Of a DNA stretch of 64,000 nt, positions 51,866-60,942 are shown one piece after another. A program made the translations under genes and the position numbers. The DNA is taken from NCBI GenBank assembly GCA_902555985.1, contig CACDUI010000001.1, positions 145,943 to 209,942 on the forward strand, given 5' to 3'. Under the pieces are notes generated by a model. The model was given only the letters and a program-made list of their open reading frames with translations. It did not search any database and had not been told where the DNA came from. Within the stretch, counting starts at the first letter, position 1. Every line of letters begins with the position of its first letter. Source of the DNA: an uncultured Candidatus Actinomarina sp. Its GTDB lineage: Bacteria; Actinomycetota; Acidimicrobiia; Actinomarinales; Actinomarinaceae.

Positions 51866-52714
51866 GTGGTTAAGTATGAAAATTCTCTAAAAATTTTATT
51901 ATTTTCAATTTTTGCTGCCCATATTGCTTTATATTTTTTTAAAATTCTAAGGCCATCAATTATTTATGATTATATTGATTATTTTCCGTTCACTGTCATT
52001 CCGTTAGTTAGTTATTTATATTTAATTTTTAAAAAAATAAATTCTAAACTTTATGTTTATTTATCAATATATCTTGTAGTAATTTTTATATTTTTTCCTG
52101 TTGCGAACCTTCTAAGAGCTGATTTTTTGACAACATACAGCTTTCCATCTTTCTTGGAAAATAGAAATTTAGATATTGAATCAGACTACTTATTAATAAT
52201 AGATACCGACGGTGAATTGACTTTAAATACTTTTGAGGAATCTGGGTATACAGTAGATATAATTAACAAGCCAGGTAATGTAGGTTTTCCAGAGGCTGTA
52301 GAGACTTTAATTGGAGAGCCAAGGGCTGTCTTAATTAGAGAACTTGATACATCTAGGCTTTTAAAAATTTCTGGCTGGAATATCAATCTCGGGAATCAAA
52401 ATGTTTGGAAATTAGATTTATTATCATTTGATTCAAATATTTACTTGGATAATGTTGAACTAAAAAATTCAGAAATTTCAGGAACTGGCATTATATATCT
52501 AGGTAAAAACCTAGAACTGGAAGAGCTTAAAATAAATGGAAATTTTGATATAAATGTGTCTACTGATCTACCCCTAGTTGCTATTGGCAATGTAGAAGTA
52601 CCTGCTTCATGGATAGATGCTACAATAGGATATTTAAACCAAGCTAATACGGTATATAAAATAAAGGTTATAGTTGAGGACGGTTCAAATGTTAGGTTTC
52701 TTGAAGAAAGATAA
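51866..52714 (+). CDS. Hypothetical membrane-anchored protein with an Asn/Leu-rich repetitive extracytoplasmic domain. GTG start 4 nt after the tRNA, so the start is uncertain.
   Basis: Two or three N-terminal TM helices, then NxxLxxxN-rich repeats (NINLGNQNVWKLDL...NVELKNSEISG...LELEELKINGNFDINV). Confidence 0.4.
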   Translation: MVKYENSLKILLFSIFAAHIALYFFKILRPSIIYDYIDYFPFTVIPLVSYLYLIFKKINSKLYVYLSIYLVVIFIFFPVANLLRADFLTTYSFPSFLENRNLDIESDYLLIIDTDGELTLNTFEESGYTVDIINKPGNVGFPEAVETLIGEPRAVLIRELDTSRLLKISGWNINLGNQNVWKLDLLSFDSNIYLDNVELKNSEISGTGIIYLGKNLELEELKINGNFDINVSTDLPLVAIGNVEVPASWIDATIGYLNQANTVYKIKVIVEDGSNVRFLEER

Positions 52715-52723
52715 AGGTAATAA

Positions 52724-53641
52724 TTGTTAGATCAACTTGGAAATGGGCTTCTTTTAGGCATAATAATATCTGTTGCCTCTGTAGCCCTCTCACTTTTATA
52801 TGGAGTTACAAGAATAGTAAATTTTGCACATGGTGAAATTATTGCTTTAGGAGCAATTATGGCATCATTTTTCTCAAATCTTCCAACATCAAGGTATATC
52901 TTTCTTGAGAACACCTCACCTTTGGGATTGAGCTTTGAGATTTCTTTATTTCTATCAATTTTAATTTGCGGTTTATTTGGAGCAGTCTTGGAGTTATTTG
53001 TATTTAGGCCTCTAAGAAGAAATGAATTTGGAAATATAGCTGTTCTTGTAATAACAATTGGTATATCAATTTTCTTAAGACATTTATATTTGATTTTTGC
53101 ATCAAGTAAACCTCAAAATTATCCATTAGACCTTCAAAGGAGAGAGCAGTATTTTATATTTGACCTCACACCACGTAATGCAAAAATAATCGTTTATGGA
53201 ATTCTTATCATGGTTCTATTTGGATTGTTTATTTCATTAACAAAGATTGGTAAACAAATGAGAGCTGTTAGGGATTCCACAGAGCTTGCCAACATATCTG
53301 GGATAAATTCAGACAGGATAATTCTATATACTTGGATTTTATCATCTATGTTGGCAGGAACAGCAGGTATATTTCAAGGAATGATCAATGATGTTAGGTG
53401 GAATATGGGTTTTTTGATACTTCTCTTGGTATTTGCCGGAACAGTACTTGGAGGCATAGGCACTTCTTTTGGTGCAATGATTGGGGGATTCGTAATTGGG
53501 ATAGTAGTTCAAGTATCAGTGGCATTACCATTTATGGAGGGACATACTGAGGCAAAAAATGCAATTGCGCTTGCAATAATGATACTTATATTATTGGTGA
53601 GACCCCAAGGTATATTTGGAAAGAAAGAAAGAATATCTTGA
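52724..53641 (+). CDS. livH: Branched-chain amino acid ABC transporter permease (LivH-like)
   Basis: FAHGEIIALGA N-terminus, 305 aa. Confidence 0.8.
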   Translation: MLDQLGNGLLLGIIISVASVALSLLYGVTRIVNFAHGEIIALGAIMASFFSNLPTSRYIFLENTSPLGLSFEISLFLSILICGLFGAVLELFVFRPLRRNEFGNIAVLVITIGISIFLRHLYLIFASSKPQNYPLDLQRREQYFIFDLTPRNAKIIVYGILIMVLFGLFISLTKIGKQMRAVRDSTELANISGINSDRIILYTWILSSMLAGTAGIFQGMINDVRWNMGFLILLLVFAGTVLGGIGTSFGAMIGGFVIGIVVQVSVALPFMEGHTEAKNAIALAIMILILLVRPQGIFGKKERIS

Positions 53642-54693
53642 AACAAAGAAAACGAATATTACTCGGACTGTTTCTTGTTGTTTTTTCAATAGGTATGATT
53701 TATTTTTTGAATGATGAAGGCCCTACAAGAATACTTGTAAATCTAATGACTTTTGCAGGTATCTATTCAATTTCTGCAATTGGACTTAACATTCACTTTG
53801 GCTGGACTGGAATGCTTAATTTTGGCCATGCTGCTTTTATGGGCATTGGAGCTTACACAACTATTCTACTTATCCCCCATGCTGCGGGTAGAGAGGGAAG
53901 CATAAATGAAGAAGGCCTACCTTTGTTTATTGCAATAATAATTGGGTTAGTTGCTTCTGCTCTTTTTGGATTACTAGTTGGCTTACCTGCAATAAGACTA
54001 AGAGGAGACTATTTAGCAATAGTGACTATAGCTTCATCAGAAATATTTAGACTTGTTGTTAGAGATCAAGAAAATTTAACAGGTGGAGTTTATGGTGTTA
54101 TTTCTTTTTCAGATATTTTTCAAAATATTAGACCAAAATTTTTAGAAGATCTAGCTTTAAATCTTGATGTTTCTGCTGGCCAACTTTGGGTAGCAACTGT
54201 TTCATGGCTAATGGTTATTCTTTTAATACTTATATTAAAAAGACTACAGAATTCACCTTGGGGGCGTGCTTTAAGAGCAGTAAGGGAAGATGAGGATGCT
54301 GTAAGAGCTCTAGGAAAAAATGCTGTTTGGTTAAAATTACAAAGTTTTATGTTGGGTGCATCAATTGCAGGGCTATCAGGAATCTTATTAGCATTTAACT
54401 ATGGAACATTGCAGGTTGAATATTTTGTACCATTATTAACTTTTTATATATGGGCAATAATGATTTTGGGTGGTGTAGGAGCTATTTCAGGTCCAATATT
54501 TGGATCTATACTTTTTTGGGCATTCATTTCAGAAACTGATCAAATTGCAGCACTGATTTTTGAAAACGCTGATGGACAACAAATTGCAGGAGTAAGATTT
54601 ATGCTCGTAGGGTTATTAATTATTGGATTAATGATTTTACGACCAAGTGGAATAATGGGAAAGAAAGAAGAATTACTTTTAGATGTCAAATAA
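53638..54693 (+). CDS. livM: Branched-chain amino acid ABC transporter permease (LivM-like)
   Basis: 351 aa, GHAAFMGIGAY motif. Confidence 0.8.
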   Translation: MKQRKRILLGLFLVVFSIGMIYFLNDEGPTRILVNLMTFAGIYSISAIGLNIHFGWTGMLNFGHAAFMGIGAYTTILLIPHAAGREGSINEEGLPLFIAIIIGLVASALFGLLVGLPAIRLRGDYLAIVTIASSEIFRLVVRDQENLTGGVYGVISFSDIFQNIRPKFLEDLALNLDVSAGQLWVATVSWLMVILLILILKRLQNSPWGRALRAVREDEDAVRALGKNAVWLKLQSFMLGASIAGLSGILLAFNYGTLQVEYFVPLLTFYIWAIMILGGVGAISGPIFGSILFWAFISETDQIAALIFENADGQQIAGVRFMLVGLLIIGLMILRPSGIMGKKEELLLDVK

Positions 54694-55453
54694 CATAATT
54701 GAAATAAAAAATCTTAAAAAAAATTTTGGCGGGTTAAAAGCTGTTGATATTAATAATTTAAATTTTGAAAGAAATAAGATAATAAGTTTAATTGGTCCAA
54801 ATGGAGCAGGAAAAACAACATTTTTTGATTTAATTACCGGATTTACTAAACAAGATAGTGGTAGTACATTTTTTGATGGTAAAAATATTTCAAATTTAGA
54901 ATCATACAAAATTTCAAGATTAGGAATGGTTAGAACATTTCAATTAACAAAAGTTTTTGACAGAATGACGGTTAATGAAAACGTATTATTTTCTGCCTCA
55001 TCATTGAAGAATGATAGATTTTTAAATTCATTAATGAAATCTTCTATAACTTCAAATGCGGAAAAAGAGTTAAATGATAAGACTGCCGAAATTTTAAACT
55101 TAGTAAATCTATATCATATGAAGGATTCTTATGCGAGAGAATTATCAGGTGGACAAAAAAAATTACTTGAACTGGCACGAGTAATTGTTCAACAACCCAA
55201 AATCTTACTTTTAGACGAACCTCTAGCTGGAGTAAACCCTAAACTTTCTGAAGATATCTTAAGTTTGATAGGTAGTTTTGCTAAACAAGGTATTTCAATA
55301 TTGATGGTTGAACACAATATAAGCGCGGTCATGAAAGTTTCAGATCATATAGTTGTCTTAGCCGAGGGTTCTGTAATTGCAGAAGGAAATCCTGAGGAAA
55401 TAAGATCTAATGAAAATGTTGTTACAGCATATTTAGGAAAGTCTAATGATTAA
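54683..55453 (+). CDS. livG: Branched-chain amino acid ABC transporter ATP-binding protein (LivG-like)
   Basis: GPNGAGKTT and LSGGQKKLLELAR. Confidence 0.85.
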   Translation: MSNNIIEIKNLKKNFGGLKAVDINNLNFERNKIISLIGPNGAGKTTFFDLITGFTKQDSGSTFFDGKNISNLESYKISRLGMVRTFQLTKVFDRMTVNENVLFSASSLKNDRFLNSLMKSSITSNAEKELNDKTAEILNLVNLYHMKDSYARELSGGQKKLLELARVIVQQPKILLLDEPLAGVNPKLSEDILSLIGSFAKQGISILMVEHNISAVMKVSDHIVVLAEGSVIAEGNPEEIRSNENVVTAYLGKSND

Positions 55454-56153
55454 ACCTGTTCTTGAATGTATTGGAGTTGCTGCAGGGTATGTAAAGGGGT
55501 TAAACATACTTAATGGTGTTGATTTAGTTTTAAATTCTGGTGAGGTTGTATCAATAATAGGCCCAAATGGAGCAGGCAAGTCGACATTATTGAAAGCTAT
55601 CGCAGGAATTATAAAAATTAATGCTGGAAGATTTTATCTCAATGGTTTAGATAAAACAAACACTCCAACTTACAAAATTATTCATGAAGGACTAGGATAT
55701 GTTCCTCAGGTAAATAATATCTTTCCATCACTATCGTTAGAAGAAAATCTTGAAATGGGCAATCAAAAAAATACAAATGAAAATTTTTCTGATGTATATA
55801 ATTTATTCCCATTATTAAAAGAAAGAAGTAAAGAAAAAGCAGGTAATTTATCAGGAGGTCAAAGACAGATGCTAGCTCTAGGAAGAGCTTTAATCTCCAA
55901 ACCTGACATCTTGCTTTTGGATGAACCCTCTGCAGGTTTGTCTCCAAATGCCGTCGATGAGGTTTTCAAGTCAATAGTTGAAATAAACAAAACGGGAGTT
56001 TCCATTTTAATTGTTGAACAAAATGCAAGAAGATCGCTTGAGATAAGTAATAGAGGGTATGTACTCGATCAAGGTAGAAATGCCTACAGTGGACTTGGAA
56101 AAGATATTTTAAATGATGAGAAAATTGTTGAATTATATTTAGGTAAAATGTAA
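55446..56153 (+). CDS. livF: Branched-chain amino acid ABC transporter ATP-binding protein (LivF-like)
   Basis: GPNGAGKST and LSGGQRQMLALGR. Confidence 0.85.
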   Translation: MIKPVLECIGVAAGYVKGLNILNGVDLVLNSGEVVSIIGPNGAGKSTLLKAIAGIIKINAGRFYLNGLDKTNTPTYKIIHEGLGYVPQVNNIFPSLSLEENLEMGNQKNTNENFSDVYNLFPLLKERSKEKAGNLSGGQRQMLALGRALISKPDILLLDEPSAGLSPNAVDEVFKSIVEINKTGVSILIVEQNARRSLEISNRGYVLDQGRNAYSGLGKDILNDEKIVELYLGKM

Positions 56154-56184
56154 AAGCCCCTTAAGTATTTCTTAAGGGGCTTTT
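56152..56184. terminator. Bidirectional rho-independent terminator between convergent livF and the SBP gene
   Basis: Perfect 14-bp stem AAAAGCCCCTTAAG-tattt-CTTAAGGGGCTTTT, flanked by A/T runs on both sides. Confidence 0.75.
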
Positions 56185-56203
56185 ATTTTAAAGAGTTATC
56201 TTT

Positions 56204-57496
56204 TTATGGATAATCTATTGTTTCAAGAACAACATAATCGCTGCCTTGAATTTGATAAATATCGTATGTTCCTGCAGTAGGATCACCGTTTGCATCTAAA
56301 TCAATTGGACCTGATGCACCGACATAATCAAAATCTTCTCCTGCTAATGCAAGTTCAACACATTCTGCACCGATACAAGGCGTTCCGCCTCCTGATGCAG
56401 CAATCATTCCACCTGCAATAGACTCACCGTCTGTTCCATTAGCAATAGCAGACAATATCATTAACATTGCTGCGTCATAAGCTTGTGGGGCAAAAATAAA
56501 TGTTTCATTTTCGCCATCTGCGGCTTTATATAGAGTCTTAAAGTTTTCAAAAGCATCACTTGCAGCTGCTCCAGGTGCAACACCCTTGAATCCTTCAAGA
56601 GCGCCCTGTGAACATTCTATAAGCGTTGCTGAATCTTTAACACCATCAGTAAAGTACCATGGTATATCAGTCAAGCCTTGTTCAAAAGCTGATTGAACTA
56701 TTGGACAACCTGTTGTATCTGGGAACAAGATTGCAACAATAGCATCTGGGTTACCTTTACCAACAGCTGTTACTTCTGCAGAAAACTCTGATGCGTCTGC
56801 AGCATGATAAACAACATTGGCAACAGTTCCGCCTGCAGCTTCAAAAGCTTCAAGAGTAGCATTTGCTAATCCTCTACCATATGAATCAGCTCTAGAAATA
56901 ATTGATATTGTTTCAATACCATCTTTAGCTAATTCAGCAGCTAGTACAACACCTTGAAAAGCGTCAGATGGAGCAGTTCTTGAGAACATCCCACCTTTTT
57001 CAACAGTTGTCAATTGAGGACTTGTACTTGAAGGTGATACCAAAGCAACATTTGCTTCAATAACACTTGAGAGAAGAGCAAGTGTAGCACTACTACATGC
57101 AGCACCCATAACTCCTTGTGCACCTTGTGCAATAACATCTTGTAAACCTGTTAAAGCTACATCTGCATTACAACCACTGTCTCCTTCAAGATAAACAATG
57201 TCTTGTCCATTTACACCGCCTAGTGCATTAATTTGATCTACAGCTACTTTTGCTCCTAGAGCAATACCTGGCCCAAGTGAAGCTAAGTCACCTGAGAATG
57301 GCATTAGAGACGCAAGAACTAATGGGTCCCCGCTTGCAGCAGGTTCCTCAGCAGTTGCTGGAGCCTCAGTAGTAGCAGGAGCTTGGGTAGTTTCAGGAGT
57401 TTCTTCAACTACTTCTTCGGCAGTATCGCTACCACCACATGCAACTGCTAATACAGCTAAGATCGCAATTAAAGCAATTAATTTGCGATTCTTCAT
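56204..57496 (-). CDS. Amino-acid (Leu/Ile/Val-type) ABC transporter substrate-binding lipoprotein. ATG at 57496 is preferred over the GTG at 57517 used by the six-frame track.
   Basis: MKNRKLIALIAILAVLAVACGG (lipobox), a Thr/Pro/Ala/Glu-rich linker and a Peripla_BP_6-like body. Confidence 0.78.
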   Translation of the reverse strand: MKNRKLIALIAILAVLAVACGGSDTAEEVVEETPETTQAPATTEAPATAEEPAASGDPLVLASLMPFSGDLASLGPGIALGAKVAVDQINALGGVNGQDIVYLEGDSGCNADVALTGLQDVIAQGAQGVMGAACSSATLALLSSVIEANVALVSPSSTSPQLTTVEKGGMFSRTAPSDAFQGVVLAAELAKDGIETISIISRADSYGRGLANATLEAFEAAGGTVANVVYHAADASEFSAEVTAVGKGNPDAIVAILFPDTTGCPIVQSAFEQGLTDIPWYFTDGVKDSATLIECSQGALEGFKGVAPGAAASDAFENFKTLYKAADGENETFIFAPQAYDAAMLMILSAIANGTDGESIAGGMIAASGGGTPCIGAECVELALAGEDFDYVGASGPIDLDANGDPTAGTYDIYQIQGSDYVVLETIDYP

Positions 57497-57622
57497 ATAT
57501 AATTTCCTTTCAGTCACTGAAATTAAAAAAACCTACTAATTTGTAGGAATTATTAAACAATAGCGGATATTTAGTACTATTCAATAGCAGATTGAAATAA
57601 TTTACAAATAAAATGAATAATA

Positions 57623-58633
57623 ATGAGTGAAATAATTGAAAATTTACTAATTGAGCTATCAAATCAACAATATCTAGATATATTTTTATATCTATTTATG
57701 ATCTATTTTCTTATTTTAGGGTGGAAAAAAGGTGCTATTTTTCAATTTTTCTACTTGTTTGCACTTTTGATAGCTGTTGCACTAAGTTTCAGATATTCAA
57801 ATCAAATTGGTTCTTATATAAGTAGTTGGCTGAATTCAAATTTACAGATTTCTGAAGTTTTTGGTGGAATTTTAATATTTGTAGCAATATTGACACTAGC
57901 TTCATTTTTATTGAATTTGATAAACAATCGAGTTAAAAAGGCTGATTTAGGAAGTAAAGCCCTAGGGGTCGCAGTCTCATTTATGGTTAGTAATTTAATC
58001 TTGACACTCATTTTTACTGGAACCAGTATTATAAATTTACCAAATTATTTTCAAAAATCCATAAATGAATCAAATCTTGCTAATTTTTATGTAAGTCCTG
58101 AGGGCTCGCCGCAACAAGCGTTAGAAGTTATTATTGGTACGGATTTACTTAAAGTTGTTAGTAGGATAAATTATTTAACAGGAAAGTCTTCTGTAGTAGT
58201 TGACGACGATGGTTGTTTAGAAATACCAAAATACACAGAATCAAATCTACAATCTCGAAGAGATTTCTCAATTGAAATCTACAATTTAATTACTTTAGAA
58301 AGACAAAATGTAAATGTTGATGGTTTAGAGTTCAACCAAATATTATCAGATATGGCTCAAGCTTATGCATATGAAATGTATACAGAGGGTTTTTGGTGCC
58401 ATCAAAATCCAAAAAATGGTGAAAGTGTAAACGAAAGACTTTCCAAAGTTGGTTTTCCTTTTACGACTGTAGGAGAAAATTTGGCTATTGCTTCTACAGT
58501 TAGATCTGGGCACCAAAGCTTAATGCAATCTGATTCTCATCGAAATACTATTTTAGATAATGAATTCCGAAGAGTGGGAATAGGTGTTGTCTCAGGGCCT
58601 TTAGGGTTAATTATTGTACAAGTTTTTTCATGA
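57623..58633 (+). CDS. Membrane protein fusing a CvpA-like N-terminal domain (4 TM) to a C-terminal CAP/SCP (PR-1-like) domain
   Basis: N-terminal TM helices resemble CvpA. The C-terminal GENLA...GHQSLMQSDSHRNTILD...RVGIGV carries CAP-domain signatures. Confidence 0.5.
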   Translation: MSEIIENLLIELSNQQYLDIFLYLFMIYFLILGWKKGAIFQFFYLFALLIAVALSFRYSNQIGSYISSWLNSNLQISEVFGGILIFVAILTLASFLLNLINNRVKKADLGSKALGVAVSFMVSNLILTLIFTGTSIINLPNYFQKSINESNLANFYVSPEGSPQQALEVIIGTDLLKVVSRINYLTGKSSVVVDDDGCLEIPKYTESNLQSRRDFSIEIYNLITLERQNVNVDGLEFNQILSDMAQAYAYEMYTEGFWCHQNPKNGESVNERLSKVGFPFTTVGENLAIASTVRSGHQSLMQSDSHRNTILDNEFRRVGIGVVSGPLGLIIVQVFS

Positions 58634-58929
58634 CAAATATAGACATTACTTTTTTTGCAAAAACTCTTTCCGAAGGGCTGAAGCACTATTTAAAAAATGA
58701 GTATGTAAAAGTAAAAGATATAGATTTTCAAGAATTAGAAAATCATATAATTAATGAGTTTAAGCTTCCATATAATTTACAAACGCAAACTCCTACACAA
58801 CTATTAAATAAATTTACAAAAAAAAATTACAATTTTCAAAAAGTTATAACTCCTCAAAATTTAGGCACAGAGGCTCATGAGCAAATTATGCTATGGGGAG
58901 TTTTAAAAGCAAGAAATTTCGATGATTAA
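58630..58929 (+). CDS. Hypothetical protein (99 aa), translationally coupled between the CvpA-CAP gene and the MATE gene
   Basis: ORF with 4-nt and 8-nt overlaps to its neighbours. No recognisable motif. Confidence 0.35.
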   Translation: MTNIDITFFAKTLSEGLKHYLKNEYVKVKDIDFQELENHIINEFKLPYNLQTQTPTQLLNKFTKKNYNFQKVITPQNLGTEAHEQIMLWGVLKARNFDD

Positions 58930-60199
58930 TGTCAGAAAAGATATCTGGGTTAACTCTTATCCTATATTTCTGTGGTTAGCTTTAGAACCAATAGTTGGAT
59001 TAATTGATTCAAAAATTGCTAGTGTTGTAAATTTAGAAACACTTTCTGCAATTGGGATTGGTGAAACAATTTATTTTGTTTTTATTTGGGTCTTTATATT
59101 TCTAGCCTATGGAACAACCCCACTTGTTTCCTCTCTTAATACTAAAAATGAAATAAACAAATTAAACTACTTCATAAAATTTGGTAGAAATATTTCTATT
59201 CTGCTGGGTTTAGGTTCATTTTTAATTTTGTACTTAAGCAGTGGTTATTTAATTTCTACTTTTCAACCAACGGAAAGTATTAAATTGCTTTCATCAGATT
59301 ATTTGATATATAGATGTATTGGGCTTCCATTTTACCTAGTAAACATGCACTCAACAGCAGTATTAAGGGGTCTAAAATATGCAAAAATTACTTTTTACAG
59401 TGCATTAATTGTATCGATATCAAATATAGTTTTTAGCCTATTTTTTGGGTTGTTTTTGGGTCTTGGTGCTGGTGGGATTGGCTTCGCTAGTTCACTTGCA
59501 TTCTTTTGTGCTTCAATTTATTCGACAATTATTCTTAAAAAACAGTTAAATCATTTTTCTCCGCATCAAGAAAATATTGATAAAAGTAGTTTAAGAAAAA
59601 AATTTTTTAGTGTGGGGATATACATCTTAATTCGATCTTTATTTTTGACTATATTCATGGCATATTTAAGAAATAGAGCATCCTTAATGTCAATGGAGGA
59701 AATCGCGTTACAACATATTTTGCTTCAGCTCTGGTCTGTTGGTTATATTTTTGTTGATGCAATTGCAATAGCTTCTCAAACATTAATTGCAGAGCTTATT
59801 TCAAAAAAAGAAAAATATCAAAAATCTATATTACAGAAAGAACTTATTTCTGTTACTACAGTAATTTCTATTTTTCTTGCAATTACAACGTTTAGTTTCT
59901 TGAAATATTTTATAGAAATATTTAGTGGTAACAATTTTGATTTATATTTTGATTTAGAACTCAGAGCACTTGTAGCGCTGAGTTTATTTATAGGTTGTTA
60001 TGCATTTCTTTGGGATGGAGTTTTACTTGGACTTGATAGGTCTAAACAATTTTCATTTCTCACAGTCTTTTCTTCAATTGCTGGTTTCATAGTATGTGCT
60101 TATTTATTAAGAACACAAAATACTATATCAACACTTTGGATCGGGTTAAACGTCAGTTTGGTATTTAGATCTTTACTTGGATATTTATATCAAAAATAG
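58922..60199 (+). CDS. MATE-family efflux transporter
   Basis: 425 aa with 12 TM helices. The N-terminal region LALEPIVGLIDSKIASVVNLETLSAIGIG is MATE-like. Confidence 0.6.
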   Translation: MINVRKDIWVNSYPIFLWLALEPIVGLIDSKIASVVNLETLSAIGIGETIYFVFIWVFIFLAYGTTPLVSSLNTKNEINKLNYFIKFGRNISILLGLGSFLILYLSSGYLISTFQPTESIKLLSSDYLIYRCIGLPFYLVNMHSTAVLRGLKYAKITFYSALIVSISNIVFSLFFGLFLGLGAGGIGFASSLAFFCASIYSTIILKKQLNHFSPHQENIDKSSLRKKFFSVGIYILIRSLFLTIFMAYLRNRASLMSMEEIALQHILLQLWSVGYIFVDAIAIASQTLIAELISKKEKYQKSILQKELISVTTVISIFLAITTFSFLKYFIEIFSGNNFDLYFDLELRALVALSLFIGCYAFLWDGVLLGLDRSKQFSFLTVFSSIAGFIVCAYLLRTQNTISTLWIGLNVSLVFRSLLGYLYQK

Positions 60200-60200
60200 A

Positions 60201-60845
60201 TTATTCTACGGCTTTAAGTACTGGCCTATCTAAATAATAACTTAAAATTTGTAGTTCCTGAGAGAGATCAACAGATCTAATCTGAACATCTGGAGTATTT
60301 TTTAATAAAACTGGAGCAAAGTTAAGAATAGATCTAACACCACAATTGATTAACTGGTCAGCGACTTCTTGAGCATACTTTCCTGGTGTTGCAATAATAC
60401 CTATAGCAACATTAAATTTTTCACAATATTTTTCTAAATCACTAAGAGGTTTAACCACTAAGCCTGCAACTTGGCTATTTACTTTTTTAGGATCGGCGTC
60501 AAATAAGCCCACAATTCCAAAACCTTTTTCTTTAAAACCACCATAGTGTGCCAAAGCAGATCCAAGATTACCAATTCCCACAATTACAGCACTCCAACCC
60601 TCAACAAGCCCTAATTCAAGTTGTAGCTGATTTCTTAGGGTAGAAACATCATAGCCAACACCACGTGTGCCTAATGTACCTAAATATGACAGGTCTCTTC
60701 TTACTTGAGCATCATTTACTTTAGCAAGTTCAGCTAATCTACCAGATGATATACCTATATCATCATTGTTTAGTTGATCAAGACACTGTAAATAAAGGGG
60801 CAGCCTCTTTACTGTTGCTGGTGGAATTTTTTTATTTTCTTTCAC
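60201..60845 (-). CDS. rex: Redox-sensing transcriptional repressor Rex
   Basis: IPPATVKRLPLYLQCL (winged-helix N-terminus) and the Rossmann NADH-binding VAIGIIATPG. Confidence 0.88.
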   Translation of the reverse strand: MKENKKIPPATVKRLPLYLQCLDQLNNDDIGISSGRLAELAKVNDAQVRRDLSYLGTLGTRGVGYDVSTLRNQLQLELGLVEGWSAVIVGIGNLGSALAHYGGFKEKGFGIVGLFDADPKKVNSQVAGLVVKPLSDLEKYCEKFNVAIGIIATPGKYAQEVADQLINCGVRSILNFAPVLLKNTPDVQIRSVDLSQELQILSYYLDRPVLKAVE

Positions 60846-60942
60846 TAATGCACAATCTAATTACAAATAGAATTTATATGTAATCATTTAATACCTTTTT
60901 TTAGTTTCGTATTAACAAAAATTCAATGTATGTTATTAAAAT

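Noticed and set aside
60846-60942. Possible Rex autoregulatory operator upstream of rex.
   Set aside because: Only a weak TTACAAATAGAATTTATATGTAA inverted repeat is present, with no TTGTGAA/TTCACAA half-sites. There is not enough similarity to call it.
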